NCBI GenBank assembly: GCA_029288725.1
Contig: JARIGS010000010.1
Location: 103,883-167,882 of the forward strand
Source: Candidatus Nomurabacteria bacterium
Lineage (GTDB): Bacteria > Patescibacteriota > Minisyncoccia > Phycocordibacterales > UBA9973
Length of the DNA stretch: 64,000 nucleotides
Direction: 5' to 3'
The notes below the pieces were generated by a model. It was given only the letters and a program-made list of their open reading frames with translations, searched no databases and had not been told where the DNA came from. This document shows positions 1 to 9,936 of the stretch, in pieces. Every line of letters begins with the position of its first letter. Within the stretch, counting starts at the first letter, position 1. The position numbers and the translations under genes were made by a program.

Positions 1-846
1 GTCACTGATACCTTCAGCCATTGGCTTGATAAGCGCGCGCCACGCATGGGTGCCGCTATTTCCTATTACGCTATCTTCTCTATCGCCCCATTGTTTATCC
101 TATTGATGGCAATTGTCCGTACGATTTTTGATACTCGTACAACGACAGCCGTTATTGCCCGCATTCTCAATGTCACTATTGGCAAGAATCTCTCAAGCGT
201 TATTCAGACCCTCATTACCAGTGCCTATCGCGCCAATACTGGACTCATTGCCGGCATTGTCGGCGGAGCGGTGCTTATCATTGCGGCATTGAGCGTCCTG
301 GCCGAATTGAACAGCGATATTGATGAGCTGTGGGAGATTCCTTCAATCCAGCAAACAACTATAACGACTAAGCAAACTGTTACGAACTTCATCAAGGATC
401 GTCTTATTGCTCTTTCGCTCATTTTTCTTTTTGGCCTGCTCTTCCTTTTTGTCGTGGCATTCAGCGTCTTCATGTCATTCTTCCACTATTCCCTGCCCGG
501 CCTTTTTCAAAATGCAATCGTCATTGAAATACTTAACAGTATTGTTACCCTGTTTGGCAGCACGGTACTTTTTGCGGTTGTTTACCGCATTCTTCCCGAT
601 ACTACATTGCCATGGCGAGAACTGTTCTGGGGCGCATTCGCAACCTCCATTCTTTTCCTTGCCGGTAAGTTCCTCATTGGCTGGTATATCGACGCATTCG
701 GTGACACCGCCTCATACGGCGCAGCTGGCTCCATCGTCGGCCTCCTCCTTTGGATCTATTACTCCGCCCAGGTCTTCTTCATCGGCGCTTCCGGTACCTT
801 TGTCTATTCAAAACAATACGGTTTTCTTTCGAAAATTCGCTCTTAA
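1..846 (+). CDS. YihY/virulence factor BrkB family membrane protein (5'-truncated by window edge)
   Basis: Frame open from base 1 (VTDTFSHWLDKRAPRMGAAISYY); motifs AAISYYAIFSIAP and YGAAGSIVGLLLWIYYSAQ; multiple TM helices. Confidence 0.9.
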   Translation, partial: VTDTFSHWLDKRAPRMGAAISYYAIFSIAPLFILLMAIVRTIFDTRTTTAVIARILNVTIGKNLSSVIQTLITSAYRANTGLIAGIVGGAVLIIAALSVLAELNSDIDELWEIPSIQQTTITTKQTVTNFIKDRLIALSLIFLFGLLFLFVVAFSVFMSFFHYSLPGLFQNAIVIEILNSIVTLFGSTVLFAVVYRILPDTTLPWRELFWGAFATSILFLAGKFLIGWYIDAFGDTASYGAAGSIVGLLLWIYYSAQVFFIGASGTFVYSKQYGFLSKIRS

Positions 847-847
847 A

Positions 848-1786
848 TCATCCCATTTCGATACGCTGAGTTTTCATCCACTTATCAGCCTTTACATCCT
901 TCACTATTCTTTCAAGTAAAGCCTTGTCCCGACCTATAATAAACTGGTCGCTATGGTGTCCTATCATCTTGTTTATATATCGCACTTTTTTCTTATCAAG
1001 AAAAACCCCCGAAACCTCGTTTCCCTTTTCCAGCATGCAAAGGCATACTGATTGAGATAGAGGAAATATTTTTTTTGTACCTGGCGTAATTATGCCAAAA
1101 CCCTTGAGCCAAAAATTATTGGGATCATAGTCTGGGGGAGGAATAATGAAGAAAGGGTTGTCAGAGGTTATAAAATTGGTGCCACTTGAGGCATAAAGAA
1201 ATACCCAATCCATTTGAAAGAAATAGGATGCGATTTCTTTTCCTGATTAAAGCATTTGTCGTATGCTATGTTCACGTGGCACTTCCACATTGTATTCTTC
1301 ATCTTGTACGAATTTATACATTTCCTCTGCACTGACTTTTTTTTCGGAATCCTGTTCCTTGATTTTTTTTAAAATCTGTTCAGTCCTTTCAACAGAGTCG
1401 AACTTGAATTTCTGCATCTTCTTTACAAATTTTTCAACCAATTCATTAGCTGCCTTTTCGAAATCGGGCACACGCACCCGTTGAAATGATATGAAATACG
1501 AAAGCATTAATTTTTCACCCTCGGTGATAGGTTTTTTCTTTATTATCTTATCAATAATCGGTTTCGTTTTTGTTTCGATGTCACCAAAAAAATCCTCGAT
1601 GTCAGTATGGAGTTTTCCTTCTTTATCTTTATATCGATAATAGTGGGGCAACCACGCTGTCCCTTTTGATGTTTTCTGCGTGTATTTATTTAGCAAACGG
1701 TCAAATTCCCAAAGCTGATCAATATTGTTTGAGAAATTCCTTAAATAAAATTGGGGTAAAAAATGATGTCTCCTTGGTTTTCCCAT
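848..1786 (-). pseudogene. DUF4238-domain protein interrupted by one in-frame TAA (1247-1249)
   Basis: N-terminal HHFLPQFYLRNF and C-terminal FITSDNP motifs; ORFs 1247..1786 and 848..1213 share a frame (QML*SGKEIASYFFQMDWVF); AT-rich. Confidence 0.75.
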
Positions 1787-1797
1787 GTTTCTAAAAC

Positions 1798-3555
1798 CTA
1801 ACTCGTACGCTTTGCGTGCATCAGCATATCAACGGCATTGCCGAGTGAACCGGCTGGGGTGACGGAGCCGCCATTGACGAAGAATATCTCATCGGCGTTT
1901 TGGATGGTATTGAGCCGGTGGGCAATAATGACGATCGTGGTCTGGTCAGGTAACTTTTCAATGATTTCATCCAGTAATCGTTCGGTCACGGTATCAATGT
2001 TGGCGGTTGCTTCATCGAGAATGATCAAATCAGGCTTGCGCAACACCGCCCGCATAAAGGCGATGAGTTGGCGCTGCCCGAGACTGATACTTTCACCACT
2101 TTGCGTCACTGGCGTGTCCAAACCCTGTTCAAACTGAGTGGTAAGGTCAAAGAGACCGTTTTCTTTCAGGACTTCAGTAAGCTGCTCGTTGCTATATCCT
2201 TCATACGACTCGTTTGCATAAAAGATGTTCTCACCGACAGTACCGGTAAAGAGAAACGGTTCCTGCAAAATAAAGCCGATCTTCTTGGCACGCGTTGCGG
2301 TATCAAGGGTACGGATGTCATTGCCTTCAAATAGTATCGTTCCTGTCGTTGGATCATAGAGTCGTGCCATCAATGAAGCAGTAGTGGTCTTCCCGCCCCC
2401 AGTTGGTCCTACTAATGCATATGTTTGTCCTGGATGGAGGGCAATTGAGACGTCATGCAAGACTTGCTTGCCTTCTGCATAGGTAAAGCCGACAGATTGA
2501 AAAGCAATGCGTGGTCCTGCGGTAGTGGTAGAGGCATCGGCCTGTACCATCAATGGCATGTCGTTTTCCAAGACAATAATGGCAGAGATACGATCCCAGC
2601 TTGCCATGGCGGTCTGGAATGTAGACCACAGTGATGCCATTTGACGCAACGGGTCATAGAGACGGGTCGTATAGGTGAGGTAACTGATCAGGAAACCGAT
2701 GGTAAAGCTGCCGGCAAGGATAAGATGTACGCCGTAGAGCAATACAATCAGCTGGGCAATGCTGGCCGCAAAGCCATAGACACCGATAAAGACATTGTTG
2801 GCAATGCCGGCTCGAACTGAGGTAATGAAGTTGCTATAGTTCGCCTCTTTGAATTTTTCACGGAAATAGTCACGACGATTGAATGCCACGATGGCCTTGA
2901 AGTTGCCAAGGCTTTCCTGAATTTCGGCACTCATGCCACCGACTGCCTGAAGGCTCTTGGCATTACGCTGCTTAACCCATGGTGATAACACCTGGGTAAT
3001 GATGAGCACCACTACCAAAGGTACAATGGCCGCCAACCCCAATCGTAGATTGATAGAAAGAATAAAAATAGTTGCCCCCACCATGACAAAGACGTTGCCC
3101 ATGAACTGCATGAGGGACTGTGAGAAGAAGGTATTGAGGTTATCAGTATCACTGTTGATACGAGAGATCAGGTCACCGGCCTTATTCTGATTAAAGAATG
3201 CAATCGGCAGCTGCTGCAACTTTTGAAAAATCGTATTGCGCAAGGTAAAGAGCATGCGCTGGGCCACTCCACCCATCGTGATGGTCTGGACATAGTTCGC
3301 AATGCCGGCAATGACATACACGCCCAAGACGATGGCACTGTAGAGCGCCAAGCCCTGAAAGTGTCGCGGCACGATGTAGGTATTGATGGCGCGACCGATC
3401 AATAAAGGAGCGAGAAGGAGCAGGCCAGAGTTCACAATGATGGCGGCAAATGCCACGACTAGCTGTCGGTGATCGTTTTTCAAGTACGGCCAAAGCTTAC
3501 GCAACGCCTTCAGTGCCGATGATTTTTCCTTGGTATTGTTAAGCGTGTAATTCAT
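1798..3555 (-). CDS. ABC exporter permease/ATPase, heterodimer subunit with consensus Walker motifs
   Basis: TMD plus NBD; GPTGGGKT, LDEAT, IAHRL; altered signature SLGQRQ. Confidence 0.93.
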   Translation of the reverse strand: MNYTLNNTKEKSSALKALRKLWPYLKNDHRQLVVAFAAIIVNSGLLLLAPLLIGRAINTYIVPRHFQGLALYSAIVLGVYVIAGIANYVQTITMGGVAQRMLFTLRNTIFQKLQQLPIAFFNQNKAGDLISRINSDTDNLNTFFSQSLMQFMGNVFVMVGATIFILSINLRLGLAAIVPLVVVLIITQVLSPWVKQRNAKSLQAVGGMSAEIQESLGNFKAIVAFNRRDYFREKFKEANYSNFITSVRAGIANNVFIGVYGFAASIAQLIVLLYGVHLILAGSFTIGFLISYLTYTTRLYDPLRQMASLWSTFQTAMASWDRISAIIVLENDMPLMVQADASTTTAGPRIAFQSVGFTYAEGKQVLHDVSIALHPGQTYALVGPTGGGKTTTASLMARLYDPTTGTILFEGNDIRTLDTATRAKKIGFILQEPFLFTGTVGENIFYANESYEGYSNEQLTEVLKENGLFDLTTQFEQGLDTPVTQSGESISLGQRQLIAFMRAVLRKPDLIILDEATANIDTVTERLLDEIIEKLPDQTTIVIIAHRLNTIQNADEIFFVNGGSVTPAGSLGNAVDMLMHAKRTS

Positions 3556-5263
3556 AATGTTCAGTGCTTTGCTGTGACTGGTAAATTTGCACGTATTCAG
3601 GAGAGCGTTCCATCAATTCAGCATGCGTGCCTTGGGCAAGGAGTTCGCCTTCCATGATGACGATAATATTGTCGTAATTTTCAATTGAGGCGATTTTCTG
3701 GGTAATAGAAATAAGCGTCAGACCAGGATAGTTCTTTTTGACATTGGTAAGGATGCTTTGCTCGGTGCGCGTATCAACACGAGCGGTAAAGTCATCAAGG
3801 AAAAGGATTTTTGGATTCAAGGAAAGCGCGCGAGCCAACATGATACGCTGTTTTTGCCCACCTGAGAGATTGGTACCACGCTCGGAGATCATTTCATCAA
3901 GTCCGTGTGGCAATGAGGCGATCAGTTCGTGCAGTTCGGCGGTATCGATGGCCTTTTGCAGGGCCTCATCGGTGACGGTAGTACTGAAAGCGATATTCTC
4001 TCTTACGGAAGTATTAAAAATCACACTATCCTGAAAGACAAAGCCGACTTGCTCGTGGAGAGCGTGCGGATCATAGTCCTGCAGTGACAATCCATCATAG
4101 TGGACAGTGCCTTCTGTTGGGGCGAGCAAGCCGGTCATGACATACAGCAACTGCGTCTTCCCTGCCGCTGTTGGGCCGATAATGGCATTCTTACTACCAG
4201 GTACGATGGTAAATGATACGTCCTTAAGGGCCTCCTTTTCACCAAACTTCATCGTGACATGACTGACTTCAATGGCACCGGTAAGCGGGGTGGTAATGGT
4301 TCCTGTTCTTTCCGGCAACGGTGCTGACAGTACGGTATGCAAACGGCCGTATGAGGCAGTAGCACGAGCAATGACGGTACTCATGAAGCCAATGATCATG
4401 ATGGGGAAAATCAAAATAGCGATGTAGCTGTTAAAGGCCGTAAAGTCACCGATGGTCATGCCGCCGCCGATCACAATATGGCCGCCAAATAACAGCACCA
4501 CCACTACCGCGGCATTGGCCACGAAGACAATGATCGGGATAAGAGCGGCAAAGAATGACAAAATCTTCAAGCCGTTTTCCTTGGCATCAGTATTCACGAC
4601 AATGAACTTTTCATATTCGTACTTTTGGGAATTCAAGACACGAATGAGGGCAGCACCGAGAATGCTTTCATTGATAACCTTGTTTAGACGGTCAATCACT
4701 CCCTGAATCTTCAAAAAGAGCGGCTGGACTTTGCCCAAGACAAAGAAGAATGTCCCTCCGATGATCGGAATAATGGCCAGTACGGTCAAGGCCAAATGCC
4801 ACTGAATGTTGAGCAGCATGACACTGACGGCCACAATGATGAAGATCGAGGAAACGATTGAAACAATGGCCTGGGCCACGAATATCTTGATGGCATCGAT
4901 ATCGGAGGTGAGGTTGGTCAGCAATACTGACGGATTCTTATCCTGAATGTATGAGAAATTCTGCAATGAGATCTTGCTCATCAGGTCATTGCGCATGTCA
5001 CGAGCCACACGCTCTGAGGCATAGGTCTGGAGAATACTTTGGAGATAGGTAAAGAGAAAGATACCGATAGCTGCTGCGACAAAGAGCACCAGGGTCTGAT
5101 GGTATTGAAATGTTCCCGCTACGAAATGGTCAATGGCAGAAGCAATAAGTTTCGGTACGACGATAGTCACGGCATTGCTCAGCAATGTCAAAACGATCAG
5201 CAGGGCAAGCAGCCCTCTGTATGGTCGCAGAAGGGAAAAAATTGAAGGGGTATTGTTATTCAT
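3539..5263 (-). CDS. ABC exporter permease/ATPase, heterodimer subunit with degenerate Walker B/H-switch
   Basis: GPTAAGKT, LSGGQKQR, LDDFT, ITQK; overlaps partner gene. Confidence 0.93.
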   Translation of the reverse strand: MNNNTPSIFSLLRPYRGLLALLIVLTLLSNAVTIVVPKLIASAIDHFVAGTFQYHQTLVLFVAAAIGIFLFTYLQSILQTYASERVARDMRNDLMSKISLQNFSYIQDKNPSVLLTNLTSDIDAIKIFVAQAIVSIVSSIFIIVAVSVMLLNIQWHLALTVLAIIPIIGGTFFFVLGKVQPLFLKIQGVIDRLNKVINESILGAALIRVLNSQKYEYEKFIVVNTDAKENGLKILSFFAALIPIIVFVANAAVVVVLLFGGHIVIGGGMTIGDFTAFNSYIAILIFPIMIIGFMSTVIARATASYGRLHTVLSAPLPERTGTITTPLTGAIEVSHVTMKFGEKEALKDVSFTIVPGSKNAIIGPTAAGKTQLLYVMTGLLAPTEGTVHYDGLSLQDYDPHALHEQVGFVFQDSVIFNTSVRENIAFSTTVTDEALQKAIDTAELHELIASLPHGLDEMISERGTNLSGGQKQRIMLARALSLNPKILFLDDFTARVDTRTEQSILTNVKKNYPGLTLISITQKIASIENYDNIIVIMEGELLAQGTHAELMERSPEYVQIYQSQQSTEHYELHA

Positions 5264-6386
5264 GTTCGAGGGCTATTGATACTGCTTCAGCCGCAATGAG
5301 ACGAGCCGCTTCGGGCTTATAAAACGCCTTTGCATGAGCAGCCATAGCATCATACTGGTCTTTGTGTCCGAGGATCAAGTCAATTTCATTTTCCAGGACG
5401 GAACTGGTGAGATTGGCTTCCTCAATAACTACGCAAGCACCGGTGCGGGCATAGTGATAGGCATTCTTGCGCTGATGATCACCGTGAAAGACAGTGCCAT
5501 TGCCGGGAATAATGATTGATGGCTTGCCCCAGGCTGCTATCTCGTACAGTGATGAACCGGCACGGGAAATGATCAGGTCAGCAGCACCGCCAAACATCTT
5601 GGTCTGCAATTCATTGAGATAAGGATAAAGCTTGTAGCGGGTACGCTTGGTGTCGTCACCAAGCAGTACTTCGGCGTCAGTCTTTACTTCCTCATAATTC
5701 TTTGGCCCGCATTGATGAATGATTTGGTAGTGCTGAACGAGTGAGGGTACTACCGCAGTAATAGTATCATTGATGATTTTTGCGCCAAGTGAGCCACCGA
5801 TGATACCAATAGTAGGAATAGAGGGATCAAGTTCAAAGAATTCCTTTGCGCCCTCGGTTGCAACAAAGGCAATCGAACGGCGAATAGGCTGACCGGTGAC
5901 GGCAACCTTTTGTTCATTGAAGTACTGCGCCGCTTCAGGGTATGACAATGCAATACGACGAGCAAACTTGCCTGACCATTTGTTCACGCGTCCCGGTACG
6001 GTATCAGACTCATGGATGATGACGGGGATACGAAGAATACGCGCCGCTACCAGGACCGGAAAGGCCGCATAACCACCCTTACTAATGATCACATCAGGAT
6101 AGAGGTTGAAGAGCTTAAAGATTGCACCAATGACGCCGAAGGCGGTCTTAAACATATCAACAAAATTCTGCCATGAGAAATACACGCGCAGTTTGCCTGC
6201 AGTAATAGGAATAAAGGTGATGAACTGCTCATCAAGCGCCTTTTGGTCATAGGGCACATTGGACATGTAGTAGAGCTTGAGGTTGGCGATTTTTTCCTCG
6301 TCACCGATACGATTTAGCTCTTCCGCTATCGCAATCAATGGGTAAAAGTGCCCCCCTGTTCCCCCGCCAATCAATAAGATTTTCAT
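5256..6386 (-). CDS. murG: Lipid II GlcNAc transferase MurG
   Basis: GGGTGGH, KGGY, IHESD, GGSLGA, HQRKNA motifs. Confidence 0.96.
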   Translation of the reverse strand: MKILLIGGGTGGHFYPLIAIAEELNRIGDEEKIANLKLYYMSNVPYDQKALDEQFITFIPITAGKLRVYFSWQNFVDMFKTAFGVIGAIFKLFNLYPDVIISKGGYAAFPVLVAARILRIPVIIHESDTVPGRVNKWSGKFARRIALSYPEAAQYFNEQKVAVTGQPIRRSIAFVATEGAKEFFELDPSIPTIGIIGGSLGAKIINDTITAVVPSLVQHYQIIHQCGPKNYEEVKTDAEVLLGDDTKRTRYKLYPYLNELQTKMFGGAADLIISRAGSSLYEIAAWGKPSIIIPGNGTVFHGDHQRKNAYHYARTGACVVIEEANLTSSVLENEIDLILGHKDQYDAMAAHAKAFYKPEAARLIAAEAVSIALEHE

Positions 6387-6398
6387 AGTTCCTCTATT

Positions 6399-7508
6399 TT
6401 ACACTTTCTTTTGATATCTTGAAACATTGAGTACAATGCCGGAAGCAAAGAGAGCGATGGCGAGTGAAGTGCCGCCTTGGGAGATGAAGACGAGGGGAAC
6501 GCCAGTGAGAGGGAAAAGGCCGACGAGAGAGGCCATATTGAGAAAGGATTGGGAAACAAGAATGGTGATGATACCGACGACAAGGTATTGGCCGAACATG
6601 TCGCGGGATTGCATGGCAATTTTGTACCCGCGGATGGAAAGGAAGACATAGAGCACGACCAGCAACGCACTGCCGATAAAGCCGAACTCCTCCCCGATTA
6701 CGGCATAGATCGAGTCACCTTGCGGTTCAGGCAGGTAGTTGAACTTCTGAACACTTTGTCCCAGCCCTCGGCCGAACACTCCCCCGCTGCCGATTGCAAT
6801 CAAGCCTTGCTGCAACTGGTACGATGAGCCTTGAGCGTCACTTGAAGGGTTAATGTACGTCTTGATACGGTTCATGAGGTATGGACGAACCAATGCCAGA
6901 AGCACAATACCAACAAGTCCCACGCCGATAATGCCGACAATCTTTTTCCATGACACACCAGAGACGAAAAGCATACTACAAGCGGCAGCCGTGATCAGAA
7001 TCAAACTTTTAGTATCCGGCTGCAATAGCAATGCACCGGCCACCAAACCAAGCATGATGATGAGTGGTAGTAATTTATATTTAAACTCCTGCTTTTCCTT
7101 ACTGGTCCAGGCCAACCATGCCGCAAAATAAATGACGAAACCCAGCTTAAGAATTTCCGCTGGCTGAAATGAGACATGGAAAATCGAGATCCAGCGACGA
7201 GCACCGCCATGGGCAAAGCCAAGATGCGGAATGAACACTGCCATAGTAAGCGCAAGCGTAAAAATAAATATGAAAAAGGCCGAATTACGCCAGAAATGGT
7301 ACGGAATGCGTATCGCTACCCACAATGCCCCTAGACCGCCGATGAAGCCGAGGACGATTTGAGCAAAGAGCACACCGTAGAACTTGGTCTCACTGCGGGC
7401 CAAAATTCCCAGTGAGGCTGAGACGAATGAAAAGATGCCGATCAAGCTGATGAGCAGGACGATGCCAAAAAAATACGTATCGAATTGTTTTGGTTTAACA
7501 ATTGCCAT
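6399..7508 (-). CDS. ftsW: SEDS peptidoglycan glycosyltransferase FtsW
   Basis: GARRWI, FQPAE, QPD, YLPEPQGD, TGVPLVFIS; between mraY and murG. Confidence 0.93.
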   Translation of the reverse strand: MAIVKPKQFDTYFFGIVLLISLIGIFSFVSASLGILARSETKFYGVLFAQIVLGFIGGLGALWVAIRIPYHFWRNSAFFIFIFTLALTMAVFIPHLGFAHGGARRWISIFHVSFQPAEILKLGFVIYFAAWLAWTSKEKQEFKYKLLPLIIMLGLVAGALLLQPDTKSLILITAAACSMLFVSGVSWKKIVGIIGVGLVGIVLLALVRPYLMNRIKTYINPSSDAQGSSYQLQQGLIAIGSGGVFGRGLGQSVQKFNYLPEPQGDSIYAVIGEEFGFIGSALLVVLYVFLSIRGYKIAMQSRDMFGQYLVVGIITILVSQSFLNMASLVGLFPLTGVPLVFISQGGTSLAIALFASGIVLNVSRYQKKV

Positions 7509-7509
7509 A

Positions 7510-8577
7510 TTACTTGCTGATCAATGCGATAACTACTCCAACAATGGCAGCGATGATAGAAACGATCCAGTAGCGCATCACGACCTTTTCCTTTGACCAG
7601 CCAATGGCACGGAAATGATGATGGAGCGGTGCGATCTTGAAGACCCGGCGCTTGCCAAAGTACTTGTAACTGGTGACCTGCAGAATCACTGACACGGTTG
7701 TAGCGGTGAGTGGCAAGGCGATGATCGGCAATAGTAGGACGGTATTAGTAAGAAATGCAATAACGGTCAGTACCAGCGTTAAGCCCAGCATGCCGGTCTC
7801 GCCCATGTAGAAACGAGCCGGAGGAACATTAAACCAGAGAAATGCCAGGATACCGCCGGCAATCACACCACACAAGGCCGCAATATCAATCTGGTGCTGT
7901 GCGCTAGCGATGACAGCATATGCCGCAAATGTTATTGCCAATACTCCGCCCGCCAAGCCATCAAGTCCGTCAATCACCGAAGTCGAAAAGACACCCAGCA
8001 ATACAAGAATGAAAAACGGAATAAAGAATACACCGAGATGCCACAGTGAGTGCATAAACGGAATAGAGATACCGCTTACGCCAAGCTTGAAATAAAACCA
8101 TGACCCGACGGCAATGCCGATAGCAACAATCATGCCAATCTTCACCCAGCGATTCCCGAGCACGTCACTCGACATATCACCGATTGAACCTCTGACTTGC
8201 AACAAGTCATCGGCCAAGCCGATCCAGGCCCCGAGCAGCAATGCTCCCAATGGCACTAAGGTTTGATTCTTACTGAAGAAGTCCAACTTTTGGGAAAGAT
8301 CTGAGGGAAATGCTTTGGAAATAATCCAGATCAATGAGATACAGATCAGCACTGACAACCAGATAACCACTCCTCCTACGCGCGGTGTTGCCACTTCTGC
8401 CGCCCCATCATGGACACCGGCAAAATGCTTATTAGTGATGTCGGACTCCTGGGCGCGATTGTTCTTTTTCCACAGCTTGCGCTTGTACATGATGGTCGTC
8501 AGGGTTGGCGTAATGAAAATACCGATAACGAAGACAAGCGTGGTGGGCAAAAAGATTTTAACGGCGTCGAGTATCAT
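7510..8577 (-). CDS. mraY: Phospho-MurNAc-pentapeptide transferase MraY
   Basis: TPRVGG, GLADD, DGLDGL, FYMGETG, APLHHHF. Confidence 0.95.
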   Translation of the reverse strand: MILDAVKIFLPTTLVFVIGIFITPTLTTIMYKRKLWKKNNRAQESDITNKHFAGVHDGAAEVATPRVGGVVIWLSVLICISLIWIISKAFPSDLSQKLDFFSKNQTLVPLGALLLGAWIGLADDLLQVRGSIGDMSSDVLGNRWVKIGMIVAIGIAVGSWFYFKLGVSGISIPFMHSLWHLGVFFIPFFILVLLGVFSTSVIDGLDGLAGGVLAITFAAYAVIASAQHQIDIAALCGVIAGGILAFLWFNVPPARFYMGETGMLGLTLVLTVIAFLTNTVLLLPIIALPLTATTVSVILQVTSYKYFGKRRVFKIAPLHHHFRAIGWSKEKVVMRYWIVSIIAAIVGVVIALISK

Positions 8578-8579
8578 GA

Positions 8580-9110
8580 TTATTGTTCATTAGTCTGATC
8601 AAGCAAGGCAGCGATTTTCTGCTTGGTTTCCGCATACTGCGGCAACTGTTCAGTGTCCGCCACCCCATACGATGCAAGCAATGCTACCGTTGGATAGTAG
8701 GCGACGTTTCTGCCGTTAGACTTGCTCTCAATCAATCCTCTAATCTGCAGTGCCCGCAATGAATATGACGCATTCACGCCACGAATGAGTTCTATCTCAG
8801 CCTTAGTAGCACCTGGTTTGTACACGATCACTGCCAATGTTTCAGCACTGGCCTTACTGAGATCCTTCTGCAACTCTTCCTTGCGCAATGTTTCCAGGAC
8901 AGCACTATGTTCCGGTCGGGTTGCCAATGCCACGGTGTCACCCTGTCGGACAAGCATGATAGCGTGGTCTTCAAGTGCCTGAGCAAGTTCAGTCAGCCCT
9001 TCCTCGATCGCTTCAGGAGAAACCTCTAACAGTTTTGCAAGGCTCGCAATGGTGTATTCGTCTGCCGTGGCAAACAGAATGCTTTCGATTGTGTGTGAGA
9101 GTTTAGGCAT
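8580..9110 (-). CDS. scpB: SMC-Scp complex subunit ScpB
   Basis: IESILFA, LSKASAETLAVIVY, IELIRGVN; start chosen at MPKLS, overlapping scpA stop. Confidence 0.92.
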   Translation of the reverse strand: MPKLSHTIESILFATADEYTIASLAKLLEVSPEAIEEGLTELAQALEDHAIMLVRQGDTVALATRPEHSAVLETLRKEELQKDLSKASAETLAVIVYKPGATKAEIELIRGVNASYSLRALQIRGLIESKSNGRNVAYYPTVALLASYGVADTEQLPQYAETKQKIAALLDQTNEQ

Positions 9111-9879
9111 ACATTGTTTCTGCATCGGGGTGAATCGTATCAGATGGGGTGGTGGCATTCTTCTGAAGAGTGATATCCTCAAAAAGATCCTGCTGTTCAG
9201 CTGCGATGATTCCCCTGCGTACCAGCTCTAGCATACCAAGAAACGACACGATAGTGTAGACCTTCTGACTGCGGTCATCCATGTCAGGAGACATCACGCG
9301 AATGGCATTGAAGCTCGTTGTCATCGCGCGCTCAATGCGATCCTGCAATGTACTGAGCACTTCGGTAATGGACACGGTCTTAAACACCCGTGCTTCCGGT
9401 TTCGCCGGTGCTGGCGGCGGCACTCGTCGCTGCATGTCATTGATAAGGTTCGGCAACTGTTCAAGGGTCAGTTTTTCGTCCGGTGCAAAGACTACTCCGG
9501 TTAATCGTCGTACTCCTTCAAACGATACTTTCTTGCCGTAGTGCTTGATGAGATCAAGCGAGACATGGCTGATGACCTGATACAGCGCTACTCGACGTTC
9601 CAGGTCGGTGATGGACTGCGTTTCCTCCGGAGTAAGCTCAAGGTTTGGAAGCAGTGATCGCGCCTTGATCAGAATCAACGTAGCCGCTACGGCCAAAAAG
9701 TTTGCCGTCTCCCCTGCCTGCATACCAACGGTCTGCATGTAATTGATGAAGTCATCGGTTACTGATGCCAGCGACACGTCATTCACGAACAGCTTTCGCT
9801 TTTCAATCAGCTCAAGCAAGACTTCTACCGGCCCCTCAAAAGCCTCCTGCTTTACCTTAAAAATAGTTTCAGTTTCCAT
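9103..9879 (-). CDS. scpA: Segregation/condensation protein ScpA
   Basis: FEGPVEVLLELI, AATLILIKARSLLP, FLGMLEL. Confidence 0.93.
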   Translation of the reverse strand: METETIFKVKQEAFEGPVEVLLELIEKRKLFVNDVSLASVTDDFINYMQTVGMQAGETANFLAVAATLILIKARSLLPNLELTPEETQSITDLERRVALYQVISHVSLDLIKHYGKKVSFEGVRRLTGVVFAPDEKLTLEQLPNLINDMQRRVPPPAPAKPEARVFKTVSITEVLSTLQDRIERAMTTSFNAIRVMSPDMDDRSQKVYTIVSFLGMLELVRRGIIAAEQQDLFEDITLQKNATTPSDTIHPDAETMYA

Positions 9880-9899
9880 GTAGTGCCCTTATTATAATA

Positions 9900-9934
9900 C
9901 AAAAACGGCCATCTGTATCAGATGGCCGTTTTGA
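9900..9934. terminator. Intrinsic terminator downstream of aspS
   Basis: Perfect inverted repeat caaaaacggccatctg/cagatggccgtttttg. Confidence 0.8.
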
Positions 9935-9936
9935 AA

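Noticed and set aside
1247-1249. Stop-codon reassignment (e.g. code 25)
   Set aside because: The interrupting codon is TAA, which ends many core genes; core genes are intact under code 11
1798-5263. Degenerate ATPase motifs in the ABC pair as a novelty
   Set aside because: One degenerate site is the normal arrangement in heterodimeric exporters of the TM287/288 type
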